Of a stretch of 64,000 nt of DNA, positions 14,289 through 25,405 are shown one piece after another. The position numbers and the translations under genes were made by a program. The notes beneath the pieces are model-generated. The model was not told the origin of the DNA, searched no databases, and saw nothing but the letters and a program-made list of their open reading frames with translations. Every line of letters starts with the position of its first letter. The first letter of the stretch is position 1. The stretch is from the NCBI GenBank assembly GCA_002269645.1, contig NIVC01000640.1, positions 186,001-250,000 of the forward strand, in the 5' to 3' direction. This DNA is from Macrostomum lignano (lineage: Eukaryota).

Positions 14289-14964
14289 CAGGTCCATAGG
14301 AAAATTTCTTTCCTATGGACCTGCAGTCTCAGCGAAGGTAAGACTCTGAAAGCCGAGAGACGCAGAACGCAGCAGGTGGGCGCGGCAGTTCAATCATGCA
14401 GTGATTTGCGAAATTTCCGCTCTCGGTTTTTGTTCGGTTTAAGAAACTCTCCGACAGCAGGCATCCACCTGCCTCTGCCTGGATTTCTGACGGAGCAGAT
14501 GGTTTGAGCAGTCAGCCTGCGTGAGAGATTACTCCACAATTAGAGAGCTTGGGTGAGAAGGGGAAGACTGTTCCGGGGGGGGGGGCTCTCTCTGTCAGAC
14601 GAACGTTGCAATTAAAACTCGAAATATTTTTTGCGTCATCGATTCGGCCATCTAAAGAGTGTTTTGCTCAGCAGCTTTCCAGATTTCCAGACGAGTAGTG
14701 ACGAATTCTGACTTAGCCCATGTTAGTTTGCCTCACAGACTAGGATTAAATAGATAATGTAAGATCTTATTTTCATTTCAAGTACATGCAGAGATGACCT
14801 GGCTACGTCAGAGGTCGGCAACTCCGGCCCGCGGACCACATGTGGCCTGTAAAGCCTCTCTATCCGGCCCTCGGATCCTTTGAAACTTCATGCTGGTAGA
14901 GTCGCTCGCTTGGCGAGAAGAATAAATAGAAAGCTTAATATCAACATTTGAATGTGATTTCAAT

Positions 14965-15022
14965 TTCTAACAACTTCAACGCGTTTCGCACGCCATGGTG
15001 CATCGTCAGGATTTTATTAGAA
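14965..15022 (-). ncRNA. Minimal type I hammerhead ribozyme motif (3' pLTR)
   Basis: Reverse complement of 17022-17079. Confidence 0.8.
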
Positions 15023-15306
15023 CGATTTGAGAAATTGCGATTGAAAGCGATTGATTAAATATTGGTTTTTGCAACGTACACAGGTAAGGAGGGTAAGAAT
15101 GAAAACAATTGATTACAACTTGGCTTTAACAACATACATAGGTATAGTAGGTAGGAGAGAGAATTATAGATTGAGAATGAAATTTAAACCAAATGTACAC
15201 AATTCTTGTCCAGTGGTCAAAAGGCAGAATCAGGGGCGGTAGCTAGCTTAGGTAATTGAACGTCAAGCTAAGTGTACACAGCGTGCACGACTGTGTCACT
15301 CACTGT

Positions 15307-16656
15307 TCAGAAAACGCGGAGAACGTGACCTGCACCACTATGTTGTAATTGGGTGTTGAGGTTCGGGGTCTGAGCTTTTATGTGCAGGGCCTCGAGAATT
15401 CTAAGTTTGGCGTCAGTATGGCTTTGGTCAATGATTTTAAAGTGTTCTTCTGGTTTGCAGTCATTGCAGTTAGTGCATTCAAGGAGGTGAGTTTGTATAG
15501 CGGATGGTTTGAGCCAGTGTTCCCTGATCCTCGTGTGTAGGTGTCTTTTGGTTTTCCCCACGTAGGAGACGCTCTGGTCCACAGAGCAGTTAAATTGGTA
15601 GACAACACCTGCACGCAGAGTACAAGGAACACGCGACTTTAATCTGCTAACAAAGTTCCCAATCTTGTGCGTGTGGAAGACGACCCGGATGTTACGATTG
15701 AAAGAGGCAAAGAATAACCTACGCATTCTGTTTTTAAAGGCTAGAGATGGAGGTCCGAGGAAGGGGAGACGCAGAATGGGTTCAAATTCTTCAGTGGTGA
15801 CAGATTGCTCAGGTTTTTGTTTGGTGATTTTGTCCGAGATGAACTTGTTGACGATTTTTTGGACCAGACAAACGGGGTAGTCATTTTGATGGAACAGTCT
15901 GGTGAGGAACTGCACCTCCCGGTCAAAGTTGATCCAGGTGTTACAGGTAGTGAAAGCTCTATGGAGCAAACACCTCACGAGCCCAGTTTTCCATTGTCTG
16001 GGGCAAGTGGCTTGGAAGTTGAGAATGAGATTGGTAAAGCTTTTCTTACGGAAGACTTTTGTGGAGAGGGTTTCCTTACTGTAGTCAATGTCAATGTCCA
16101 GGAAGGGGAGTCTTTGGTCAACAGCATGTTCAACCGTGAATTTTATGTTCTTATGAGTGGAGTTGAGAGCGTGGAGGAACTGATCAATTTTTTGCTCCTG
16201 ATCAAAGATGGCAAACGTATCGTCGACGTAGCGCCTGTAGAATTTGGGGGCACAGTTGAGAGACATCCAGTTTTCGGTTTCCCAATGGGCCAAGCAGACG
16301 TTCGCCAGAGTGGGGGCCAAGGGGCTTCCCATGGCACAGCCATCAACTTGCCTATAGTATTTATTGTCAAACATAAAGATTCCAGAGGTAGCAAAGCCCA
16401 GGAGTTTTCTAAAGGACGACTTGGCCATGGTGGGAGGGTTCGTGTTGTACACCAACTCAGTGGCATAGTCAATGGCCAGATCAAGGGGGATGTTGGTGAA
16501 GAGAGAAACAACATCAAAACTACATAGAGAGTCGGATCTGTTGAGCGTAGGGTTGAACTTTTGAAGGTCATTGAGGAAGTCTTTGTTGGATTTGGACATG
16601 AAGTTGGAAGGAATGCAGGGCTTGATAAGAGAATCCAGGTACTTGGCAACTTCAGA
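15307..16656 (-). CDS. PLE reverse transcriptase + GIY-YIG endonuclease (5'-truncated, no internal stops)
   Basis: SFDVVSLFTNIP, GCAMGSPLAP, RYVDDTF, LPFLD; GIY-YIG AGVVYQFNC...SYVGKT...RIREH. Confidence 0.93.
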   Translation of the reverse strand, partial: SEVAKYLDSLIKPCIPSNFMSKSNKDFLNDLQKFNPTLNRSDSLCSFDVVSLFTNIPLDLAIDYATELVYNTNPPTMAKSSFRKLLGFATSGIFMFDNKYYRQVDGCAMGSPLAPTLANVCLAHWETENWMSLNCAPKFYRRYVDDTFAIFDQEQKIDQFLHALNSTHKNIKFTVEHAVDQRLPFLDIDIDYSKETLSTKVFRKKSFTNLILNFQATCPRQWKTGLVRCLLHRAFTTCNTWINFDREVQFLTRLFHQNDYPVCLVQKIVNKFISDKITKQKPEQSVTTEEFEPILRLPFLGPPSLAFKNRMRRLFFASFNRNIRVVFHTHKIGNFVSRLKSRVPCTLRAGVVYQFNCSVDQSVSYVGKTKRHLHTRIREHWLKPSAIQTHLLECTNCNDCKPEEHFKIIDQSHTDAKLRILEALHIKAQTPNLNTQLQHSGAGHVLRVF

Positions 16657-17021
16657 GCTCAGACCCCAGCTCAGACCCCGAACCTCAACACCCAATTACA
16701 ACATAGTGGTGCAGGTCACGTTCTCCGCGTTTTCTGAACAGTGAGTGACACAGTCGTGCACGCTGTGTACACTTAGCTTGACGTTCAATTACCTAAGCTA
16801 GCTACCGCCCCTGATTCTGCCTTTTGACCACTGGACAAGAATTGTGTACATTTGGTTTAAATTTCATTCTCAATCTATAATTCTCTCTCCTACCTACTAT
16901 ACCTATGTATGTTGTTAAAGCCAAGTTGTAATCAATTGTTTTCATTCTTACCCTCCTTACCTGTGTACGTTGCAAAAACCAATATTTAATCAATCGCTTT
17001 CAATCGCAATTTCTCAAATCG

Positions 17022-17079
17022 TTCTAATAAAATCCTGACGATGCACCATGGCGTGCGAAACGCGTTGAAGTTGTTAGAA
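17022..17079 (+). ncRNA. Minimal type I hammerhead ribozyme motif (inverted pLTR copy)
   Basis: CTGACGA 17035-17041; stem II GCAC/GTGC; GAAAC; palindrome AACGCGTT 17059-17066; stem I TTCTAATAAAATC/GAAGTTGTTAGAA (11 of 13 paired). Confidence 0.8.
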
Positions 17080-17638
17080 ATTGAAATCACATTCAAATGT
17101 TGATATTAAGCTTTCTTTGAAACTTCACAACAGCAATCCGGCCCGCTCAAAGTTTGTCTCTTCCCAGCTCTCTTCTCTCTAATCTCCTCTCTTCTCGACC
17201 TTCTCTCCTCTCCTTCTCTTCTCTCCTCTCTCTTCGTCTCTCCTCTCTCCCCTCCTCTCGTCTCCTCTCTTCTCATTTATTCCCTCGCCTCTCCTTTCGT
17301 CATCTCTCTTCCATCTCCTCTCTCCCCTCCTCTGGCCCGAAGTCGTGCTCTAGGTTCTCAATCTGGCTCTTGATTTTTCCGACCTTGGGGGTTACGTTCA
17401 ATACCACTCAAGATTAGTACACATGATGTACTGACTGAATTACGCTCGTATTTGACCCTCCTCGATTCGGCCATGTACGCCACTTGCGGGTGGGAACCAT
17501 CGACTATATAGTAGCCGCATGAAAAAATCTATATCTTTCAATCGATCGAAATGTCACTTCACGGAAATGACGTCTGCCTAGTGGCTGGTCATTAACTAAA
17601 AGTCTTGTTTCGGCCATAGACAATTCACTCATTGCAGC

Positions 17639-17790
17639 TAATATGAAGCGGGAATTTAAGTTAGTGACCAAGGTTACGAGCACTGGGTAGGGACACAGAC
17701 ACACCCCTGAAGAATCAGAGAGTAGGCACCGACCCCTGAAAAGTCGCACTCGTGACCTTGGTCATTAACTTAAATTCTCGCGTCATATTA
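17639..17790. other. 152-bp foldback: 42-bp imperfect inverted repeats with TA ends (small MITE or RNA hairpin)
   Basis: 17639-17680 pairs with 17749-17790 with 4 mismatches. Confidence 0.6.
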
Positions 17791-20156
17791 ACCTTTCATT
17801 ATTTATTCAAACCATTAATTTGCAGAGGTGAGGGACTATAATGTAACCTGCAAATACACAATAACACAATTGATGATAGCAACGCCTTGGAAAAAGACAA
17901 AAGATTATGCATGGGCGTCGCCATGGATTATTATTTGAATCGGTGTTGTTAGCATACTGACTGTGGTGAAGCAGGCCAGACTACAGCATTCTAATACTCA
18001 TTTTGGCGCCCCTGTCTCTTGGTGGGCGCCCCTATACTCTTGGTAGGGGCCAGTGTTTCTTGGTTAGCGCTCCTGTCTCTTGGTTGGCCGGTCCAAGAGG
18101 TACGTCCAAGAGGTGGAAAAAGTCAATGCTCCTGCAGTCCTTCGTCGAAACCTCTTGAGAAATAAATGAACAGCTCACGGGGAGGTCCGTGGCCCGCTGG
18201 ATTCCTCTGGACGCCATCGATCTGGGCAGTCTGTATACAGGATCTGCATCAGCGGCTCGAGCTACTTATTTCAGTAATAAGGATCAAAAACAACGTTTTG
18301 CGGTACTCAGATACATGTGCATGAATAATATTCATTGCAACTGAAAAGAGGCAGTTGCAATTTAGTCGAGTAGACAACGTGGTGTAGTCAGTGATTAGCT
18401 GAGTAGATTAAGAGTTGGCTTTATGCATTTAGTTTAATTAAACTGGAGCAAATATTATCGAGCTCGCCTAAAAGAGCTTACTGTGCAAATCGGCGAGAGA
18501 TATAATAGTCGCGCTCGTAGAGTGGGCGCCCGGCCCTGTCTCTTTGGTGGACGCATGATACTCGCATTTCATCTGCATGCATGCATGAGGACTCCTCGGT
18601 CAAGCCCGATTGTTTATAGCCTGCATATAAATCGCTGAGCATTAAAAAGTCTATTGAGTTAGAAAAACTGAACCACAAGGACAAGGGAGAGAGGAAATTC
18701 ATAAAAATTCCTGCCTTCAAAGGCAGATAAAATATTGACCGGTACAGCACGATGGACGAGCTCTTGACTCGTCTTTGCACCGGTAAACTGGGTGCGTGAA
18801 TGCGCTAGCTACATACTGTAAATAAACCAATATAGCTATTATCGATATATTTATGCAGCTGTCCTACTGCATTGATCGCATCCCCGCTGAGGCGTAGCTA
18901 TACTGCAGTCCACCCCCAGGGTGCTAACCAGCTCTGCTGCATCTCAATTAATGTATAGTACGATTTTTAACTGATGATATTAATTAACTGTCTGCTGACT
19001 ACATGGCCATGGACTGGCAGCTTTAGGGACTGAATGGTTGACTTGTGAGTTAACAAATTCCAAACTCCCTAATTTATGCCTGTTTAGTTCATAAAAATTA
19101 TAGTCCTAATTACTCACATGCAAGGGCCAAGATCCCGAGCTTGATCAAAATACCCCCGAAGCCTTTGTGCAGGGAAGATGGCCATTAGAAAAAAATAGGA
19201 AATTTGGTTAGTACCTAGCAATTTTCCGCCAAGAAATACATTACACATACGAGCGTACTAGTTTCTGTTCTTAATTCAATTTTTGCAGCACATGTACAAT
19301 TCTGTCCTTTTACATGTATAAGGACCAACCGTTAGGAGCCCCAAGCCCAAAATGGAGCAACCAGTTAACTTAATCAACAAACATCCTTCTTTATGACGAC
19401 GCTAAAACCGAATCGGGTAACAGTTAACAGTTATCGGGTAAAAGGTCAAGTTACATGTTAGTATCGTGCATGGTTCCTACCGTTCCTCTGGTTGCAGTCA
19501 GAGATGATCGAGAAACCTACATGTAGGTTGATTCTATTCGTACCCGAAAATGTCAACATTTTACAGCTCCAAAAGATCCAGTAAAACTATATTTTCTAGC
19601 GCTTTTAAAAATTCCAAAAGTTTGCTTTGACCCTGAAAAAATCGACGTGAGCATTCTAACGCCTGCAGACATGTACTTAAGTAGTGCTTGCTGAGTACAG
19701 GGTTCAAATATTTATATTTGTGGTAAAAACTAATGCAAAGAGGGTTTTCCAGATTGGAGAGGCATAGACCCCTAACCAGTATTATCCATAAATATGAGTA
19801 TAAGTTGTTTATACCCTCCTCTAGCTGTGATAACTGCATGTTAGATAAATTATGAGTCGTGACACGCGCTTAATGCTTGCAATGCGATTTGGAGTTTCAA
19901 ACCCGGAATTAAAAATTTTGCAAGCCAAAAAGCCAATAAGGTCTCTCGAAGCCTGCAGATCATAGTTCCCTTGTTATTTAAGCCAAAAAAGAAAAGCCAT
20001 TGAAATGGCCTAGAAAATTTCTCAGCAGCTGTGTGTTTGGATAGCAAAAAGGCCAAACATTACATTAGTTTGACTGATTTTTCTTCAAATCATCGGAAAC
20101 AAAAGAAAACCTTCAGAAGTGTGGACCAGAGCTTGCAATGGTAACAACCAGTCAAC

Positions 20157-20416
20157 GGGCCTTTTCATATTGCTTGTTCTGGTTCCAGAACCAGAACCAA
20201 TTTGTGAAGTATAACTTTTTGTCTCCATAACTAGAGGGAGATACGTGCTATAAATTTTTTATTATTGAATGACAATCGCCAAGAAGAAAGTGAAAAATCG
20301 TGCAAAGTGAGGCTGTTAAGGCAGTCAAATATTAACAGAGTTTAATAGTTATACTGCTGTTTTTCTTGGAATTCCAAACCGATTCTGGTTCTGGAATTGG
20401 TAATATGAAAAGGCCC
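20157..20416. mobile_element. PIF/Harbinger-like MITE
   Basis: 15-bp perfect TIR GGGCCTTTTCATATT; 3-bp direct repeat AAC on both flanks. Confidence 0.7.
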
Positions 20417-20806
20417 AACCACGGTCAAAATATTAACACATTATAGGCCTTTTAGTATTAGGGGCCTATATTTTAATTTAATAAAGCACAGAAACTAAGA
20501 CACGGTACAGCAGATAGTACAGTAGGCTACTACGTTTCTTTCTATCTTTTTTCCGGACCAAGGGGCCGGGCTAGGCTAGGCTTAACCTACTACATAAAAA
20601 TTACATTAAATGTCATAGGACAAATTTTCCAGGTGCTGGGGGTACTTTTTAAACTTTGTTGACTCTTTTGAGATGAGAAATTAAGATACAAAGCAGTTAG
20701 AAATTTAAGGTCTATGTATGTAGCCTATAGTAGGCCTATGCCCTAAGCATAGGCCTAGTATATCTCTTATTTATGTCTAGACTCTAGTCTAGGGCTAGGC
20801 CATAGG

Positions 20807-20970
20807 CAGGTGCAGATCCAGAAAATTTTTGAGGAGAGGGCCAAGCTATACCAAGCACTACAACCCCATATTGGAAAATAGACCTAGCATAGTAGCAGGC
20901 TAAAAAGTATGACCAAATTTTTTTGGCTGCAGCTGAGAGGGGCCTTGCCCCCCCTCTAGATCTGCTCCTG
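20807..20970. mobile_element. Decayed hAT-like MITE
   Basis: TIRs CAGGTGCAGATCCAGA / TCTAGATCTGCTCCTG; 8-bp flanks GCCATAGG and GCCCTAGG (7/8 match). Confidence 0.65.
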
Positions 20971-21779
20971 GCCCTAGGGGTCTTATTGCATTGATTATTT
21001 AGTTTGTTCATAATTTGATAGAGGCTATATCTAGACAAGTCAAAATAATTTACTTAGTAAGCCTATTTAAAAGATGTATAGTATAAGGCCTATTGCATAG
21101 GCCCTAGTTCTTGTTGGCCATAGGCCTAGTACCAAATATGCACTGTGCACATAAGAATTTTTGCCCTGGATGCTACATTATTAGAGATGTTCCAAAATAG
21201 CATTTTTTGTCATAATCAAAATTTGTAAACTTTTTGAAATTGAAATTGAAATTTTCCAAAATCAAATTTAGAAAAACAAAGTTTACAAGTATTATGACTA
21301 GACTCACTTTTTACTTTTGATTTACTGCTTATGCATAACAAAATAAATGTATATATACTTGTAATAGAAATTAGTTTATTTTTAGCTACTTTTTTAGATA
21401 CTTCCAAAATTTTAACTTTTGAATTTTTAAAAATAAAAATTCACTTAAAAATAAAATAATGTTGGAAAATCGTAATGGAAAATTTGGAGCATCTTTAAGC
21501 ATTATAAATGATAAGTGTATAGGCCCCTTCTATAAAGGTATTAGGCCCCTTTTATGTATATTTATTTGCTAGAGCAGCAGCCAATAGAAAAGGGCAGTGC
21601 ATGTGCAGGCACTAGGCTAGGGCCTATGCGCCTATGCGTGCACTATGCTTTAGAAAAATTTCAAAAGTGCTTTGGACACCATCTGCAGTTTTACAACTTT
21701 TCCTATAGAGAGGCCTATATATAGCACTGCTATGTTAAACATACCAAAAGAACTTTGCCAACTCCTTGATGCATATTAT

Positions 21780-23150
21780 GCATGCAGTATTAAACTGTGG
21801 TGAAATAGCACTTACCAAGTGGACCATGGCGCACATCATTGCCATTCCAAAAAAGCTGGGCACTACATAGCTAGATGAGCACCAAGGCATCTGCCTGCAA
21901 TCCTGTGCTGCAAAGTTGTTCAACTGGATGCTACTATCGTGGTTGCAACCCATACTAGATCCCTACCTGCAACCTGAGTAGAATGGGTTTTGGCCCCACT
22001 GTGGCATGCTGATTGCTGGCGCAGGTCTTAGCTCTTCGCCAAATCATTGAGAAGGCACACACGCACTAGTTGGACCTGATTGTTGTCTTCATTGACTTCA
22101 TGAAGGCATTCAACTTAGTTGCAAGGGCTGCACTCCCACATGTGCTCCATGCATATCATGTACCAGAACAGCTGATCTCTGCCATAATGGCATTGTATTG
22201 TACTACAAGAGCAGCTGTGATGATGCCAGATGGCCTGTTGGACTCCTTTGAAACATCCTCTGGGGTGCTCCAGGGGGACACTCTAGTGCCCTTCTTGTTT
22301 GTCCTGGTTCTTGACTGGGTGCTACAAACTGCTCTTCCTACTGACAAAGATGGCTTCCTACTGTGGCAACGCATGGGTCAACATCAACCAGAGAAATGGC
22401 TCAGTGTGGTTGGCTATGCCGATGACCTTGCCCTGCTGTCCTCGACTATAGAGGGTGCTCAGTGCCAGTAGCACTGCAGCAAGCATCACCCTGGTGGTCA
22501 ACACAAAGACCATTGTGCTCTGTGTGCAGGGCAACATCGAGGCCACAATTTTCTGCCAAGGTGCTGGTGGGCAGGTAACGGAGCTTCTGCATTGTCAGCA
22601 GTTTGTCTTCCTTGGCAGTCTGGTACCTGACGTCTGCAAAGATCTGTGGCATTGCCGCGGGCTTGCTTGGGCTACCTTTTGCTCTGTGAGGGTGGTCCTG
22701 CAGTCCAAGGCCCTACCTGACCGCCAGAGGGCAGCGCTGTTCTAGGTGGTGGTCGAGATCATCCTGTTGTACAATGCCAAGACCTGGATGCTGACGGATT
22801 TGCTCAAACAGCAAGTCAACGTGGTGCATGCTGGCCTGCTATGCGCCACCTTTAAGATCAGCAACGAGTGGATCACTAATGCGGCACTCTATTGCTGCAC
22901 CAGCCTGGCCCATCCAAGTGAACTGCTGCAAGTTCAGCGACCAGCTGGCAGGCCACATCATCCGCACCAAGTCCTACTGCCCGCAGCTGGTGCAAGAGGT
23001 GCTGCTGCTAATGCTGCAGGCACCCTACTGGTGTGGCCAGGCCCAAACTTGGCATTTCGTTGACTGCCTGCTGGCCGACGCTGGTGCCCTGGACTCTGCT
23101 GGTGGTGTGGCCTTTGTTTGCACCCAGGCTCTGAAGCATGCCCTGTGACA
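21780..23150 (+). pseudogene. Fossil RTE-clade LINE reverse transcriptase
   Basis: IIAIPKK, IDFMKAFN, GVLQGDTLVPFLF, GYADDLALL. Contains stops and frameshifts; Arg codons systematically changed to W/Q/C/H. Confidence 0.88.
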
Positions 23151-25405
23151 CTGCTTTTTTTCCACCTGACAGTGTACTTTGTTGTTCTTATTGCTGTGTA
23201 TTAAACTGCCTAGGACCTTGTTGCACATGAGACTTTTCTATCAAAAATGGTATATTATGGCTGTATTTTTGACAAAATTTTTGGTATCATGTTAAACACT
23301 TTAATGTAATAGTGTATCTTAATATAAAACCAGTATTTGGCCCTTAGTAAAATTGAAAAATGTATCAATTTAGTGCAGTTCCTCATTTTTTCAAGGAATT
23401 ATTATCATTATAAAAAACTAGCTGTTGAAACCCACAGATTTTGAACCTGCTAAATTCCAACCTTTAGAACTATTTTTGTATATATTCCATTAAAAATAAA
23501 TATCATTAAAATATATGATATACTTATATTTATATATATAACTTGATCTTTACCTTTTCCATGGTTTCTATAATCTATTTGCTTACTTATAAGGTTTATT
23601 AAAAATCTTTGGCATAAGTTTAAACCTAGCCTTGCCATAAATACCTAATGAAAAAAAACAATAAAAAAGAATTTTTTTAAATAGTCTAGTATAAAAAAGA
23701 TAGAACTATATAACATGTATACTTTTTTGTAAAGAGTAAAATAAATTATATTAAGTAACATTTTTAATCCTGTTACAAATTTTGTATTCTAGAAAAAAGT
23801 TTTTATTTTTATTTTTTCCAAGAAAAATTGGATATAGAAAAGATTATATTGAAATCATTAAAAAAATGCAAGTAATAGCCAAATTGATTGGTTGCAGTCA
23901 TTGAAAGTTTATATCCCTCTTTTGATATATGAATACACATGTGGTGGATTTGATCTACTCTTATATACATTATGTCGCAGGGCTGATTCCTCTGTCTAGA
24001 AATCTCAGCCGCTGACACCAAGTTGTGCTAGGGGTGTTCCCATACGATACACAATCCTACCGCTATAACCAAAGTTGTCGTGGGGCTTACTTCTGTCCTC
24101 CAACTATCCCACTGTTGTCACCAAGTTGTAGCAGGTTTTCAATTTCCCTCTATTAAATTTATACTGCTGATACTAAATTCTGCCTTTGGTATTTCTAACT
24201 GTTTCTTAGAATTCCATTTGGATATGCTGGTAGCATTTTATGTATTAGTCTGGTAGCGTCTTATGTATTAGTCTGGTAGCATTCTTAGTATATGGCCTGA
24301 GCGGTCTTACTGGTATATGTACTTTCTCTCTCTAGTCTGGGCGTTACCGAGATTAGAGGGTCACAGCGATTACTCTTGGTACTACTCTTTGCATGAATCC
24401 CAATTGCAACCTCCAACCTTCTTTACAATACTCTTAGAAATGAACAATGATCTGAGAACGATTTATAGAACACGTTTTAAGCTTATAGCTATTGAACGAG
24501 TTATCTCTTCTTCTTCTCAGCCTGCTCCTATTTATACTATTCAAAGGCGTGTATTTTTAACAAATATTAAATATTGAGAATATATAGAATATGTAGAATA
24601 TATAGAATATTTTGTAGAATAAAATGAATTATTAGCGCAGATTCAAACTGTTATATTCCTAGAAACTATTAACCACTTCTACAATTATGCAGGGCATAAA
24701 ATTCTTTCATATATAGTTTATACTCAGGACTATGGGGTGTAGACAGCAATGTTGTTTTTAATATAGTTGATATACTATCTTGACCATTATAGGAACAAGA
24801 TGCTTTTTTATATAAATAAATTTTTGAAAGGCTTCATTATCATAACTATGACTCATGTCAGTTTATAACTAATTAGCTACCCTATGAAGTCAAGAAAAAT
24901 ACTTAAATTTTCATTTGTTTTTGCCAAAGTTTAGTCTATTTAGAAATTATAGAAATGCATAATAATACATATATTTTTTGTTGTTTTTGTCCAAATAATT
25001 ATCCAATCATTCTTATAGACCTTTTAGATCTTATTAAATAATTTTATTGGCAAAGCATATTAAAAAAGATATTTTAAAAGCAATTAGCTGTCATAATTTT
25101 AGGATATTGATTTTAACTCTGTTGTAAATCATTATTTATTTTTAACTTTATTGGTTATAGGCTTAGCAACAGTAATAATAGAATTAGATTACAAGCCTTC
25201 ATAGAAAACAATAATAGAAAATTTTATCAGGATATGGTGCAGCACATATCAGTTAGATTCTACTAGATAGACAGGCAAAGCTGCCCATTTCATATTTAAT
25301 AATTTTTAATACGCCACTCCCCAGAAGAGGCAGCAAGCTCGCAGCGGCGTTGGCAGTCGCCGCAGTCCTACTGGCTCTCCCAGACTAAAAGTTGAGACCA
25401 AGGCT

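Larger units (their letters stand above)
14891..17116 (-). mobile_element. Penelope-like element, 5'-truncated, with inverted pseudo-LTR
   Basis: RT + GIY-YIG ORF. Inverted repeat 14928-15376 versus 16668-17116. Flanked by the direct repeat (CT)TTGAAACTTCA at 14878-14890 and 17115-17127. Confidence 0.93.
14809..17200 (+). mobile_element. hAT-like element copy split by the Penelope insertion
   Basis: CAGAGGTCGGCAAC... at 14809. Sequence resumes after the PLE as ctttgaaacttcacaacagcaatccggcccgctcaa, collinear with 6560-6597. Confidence 0.6.

Noticed and set aside
13837-14349. APGAP / collagen- or elastin-like ORFs
   Set aside because: Produced by a stop-free 15-bp unit, open in several frames on both strands; no signal peptide or splice context.
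16657-16695. ORF-track start MGVEVRGLSWGL for the PLE protein
   Set aside because: It is the antisense of the inverted pLTR plus the 12-bp stutter, not a native N-terminus.
17729-17738. CCGACCCCTG as the right TIR of the 14809 hAT-like element
   Set aside because: The 8-bp flanks (GGCTACGT versus AAAAGTCG) do not form a TSD.
17707-17741. Second hammerhead (CTGAAGA...GAAA)
   Set aside because: No credible stem II or stem III pairing.
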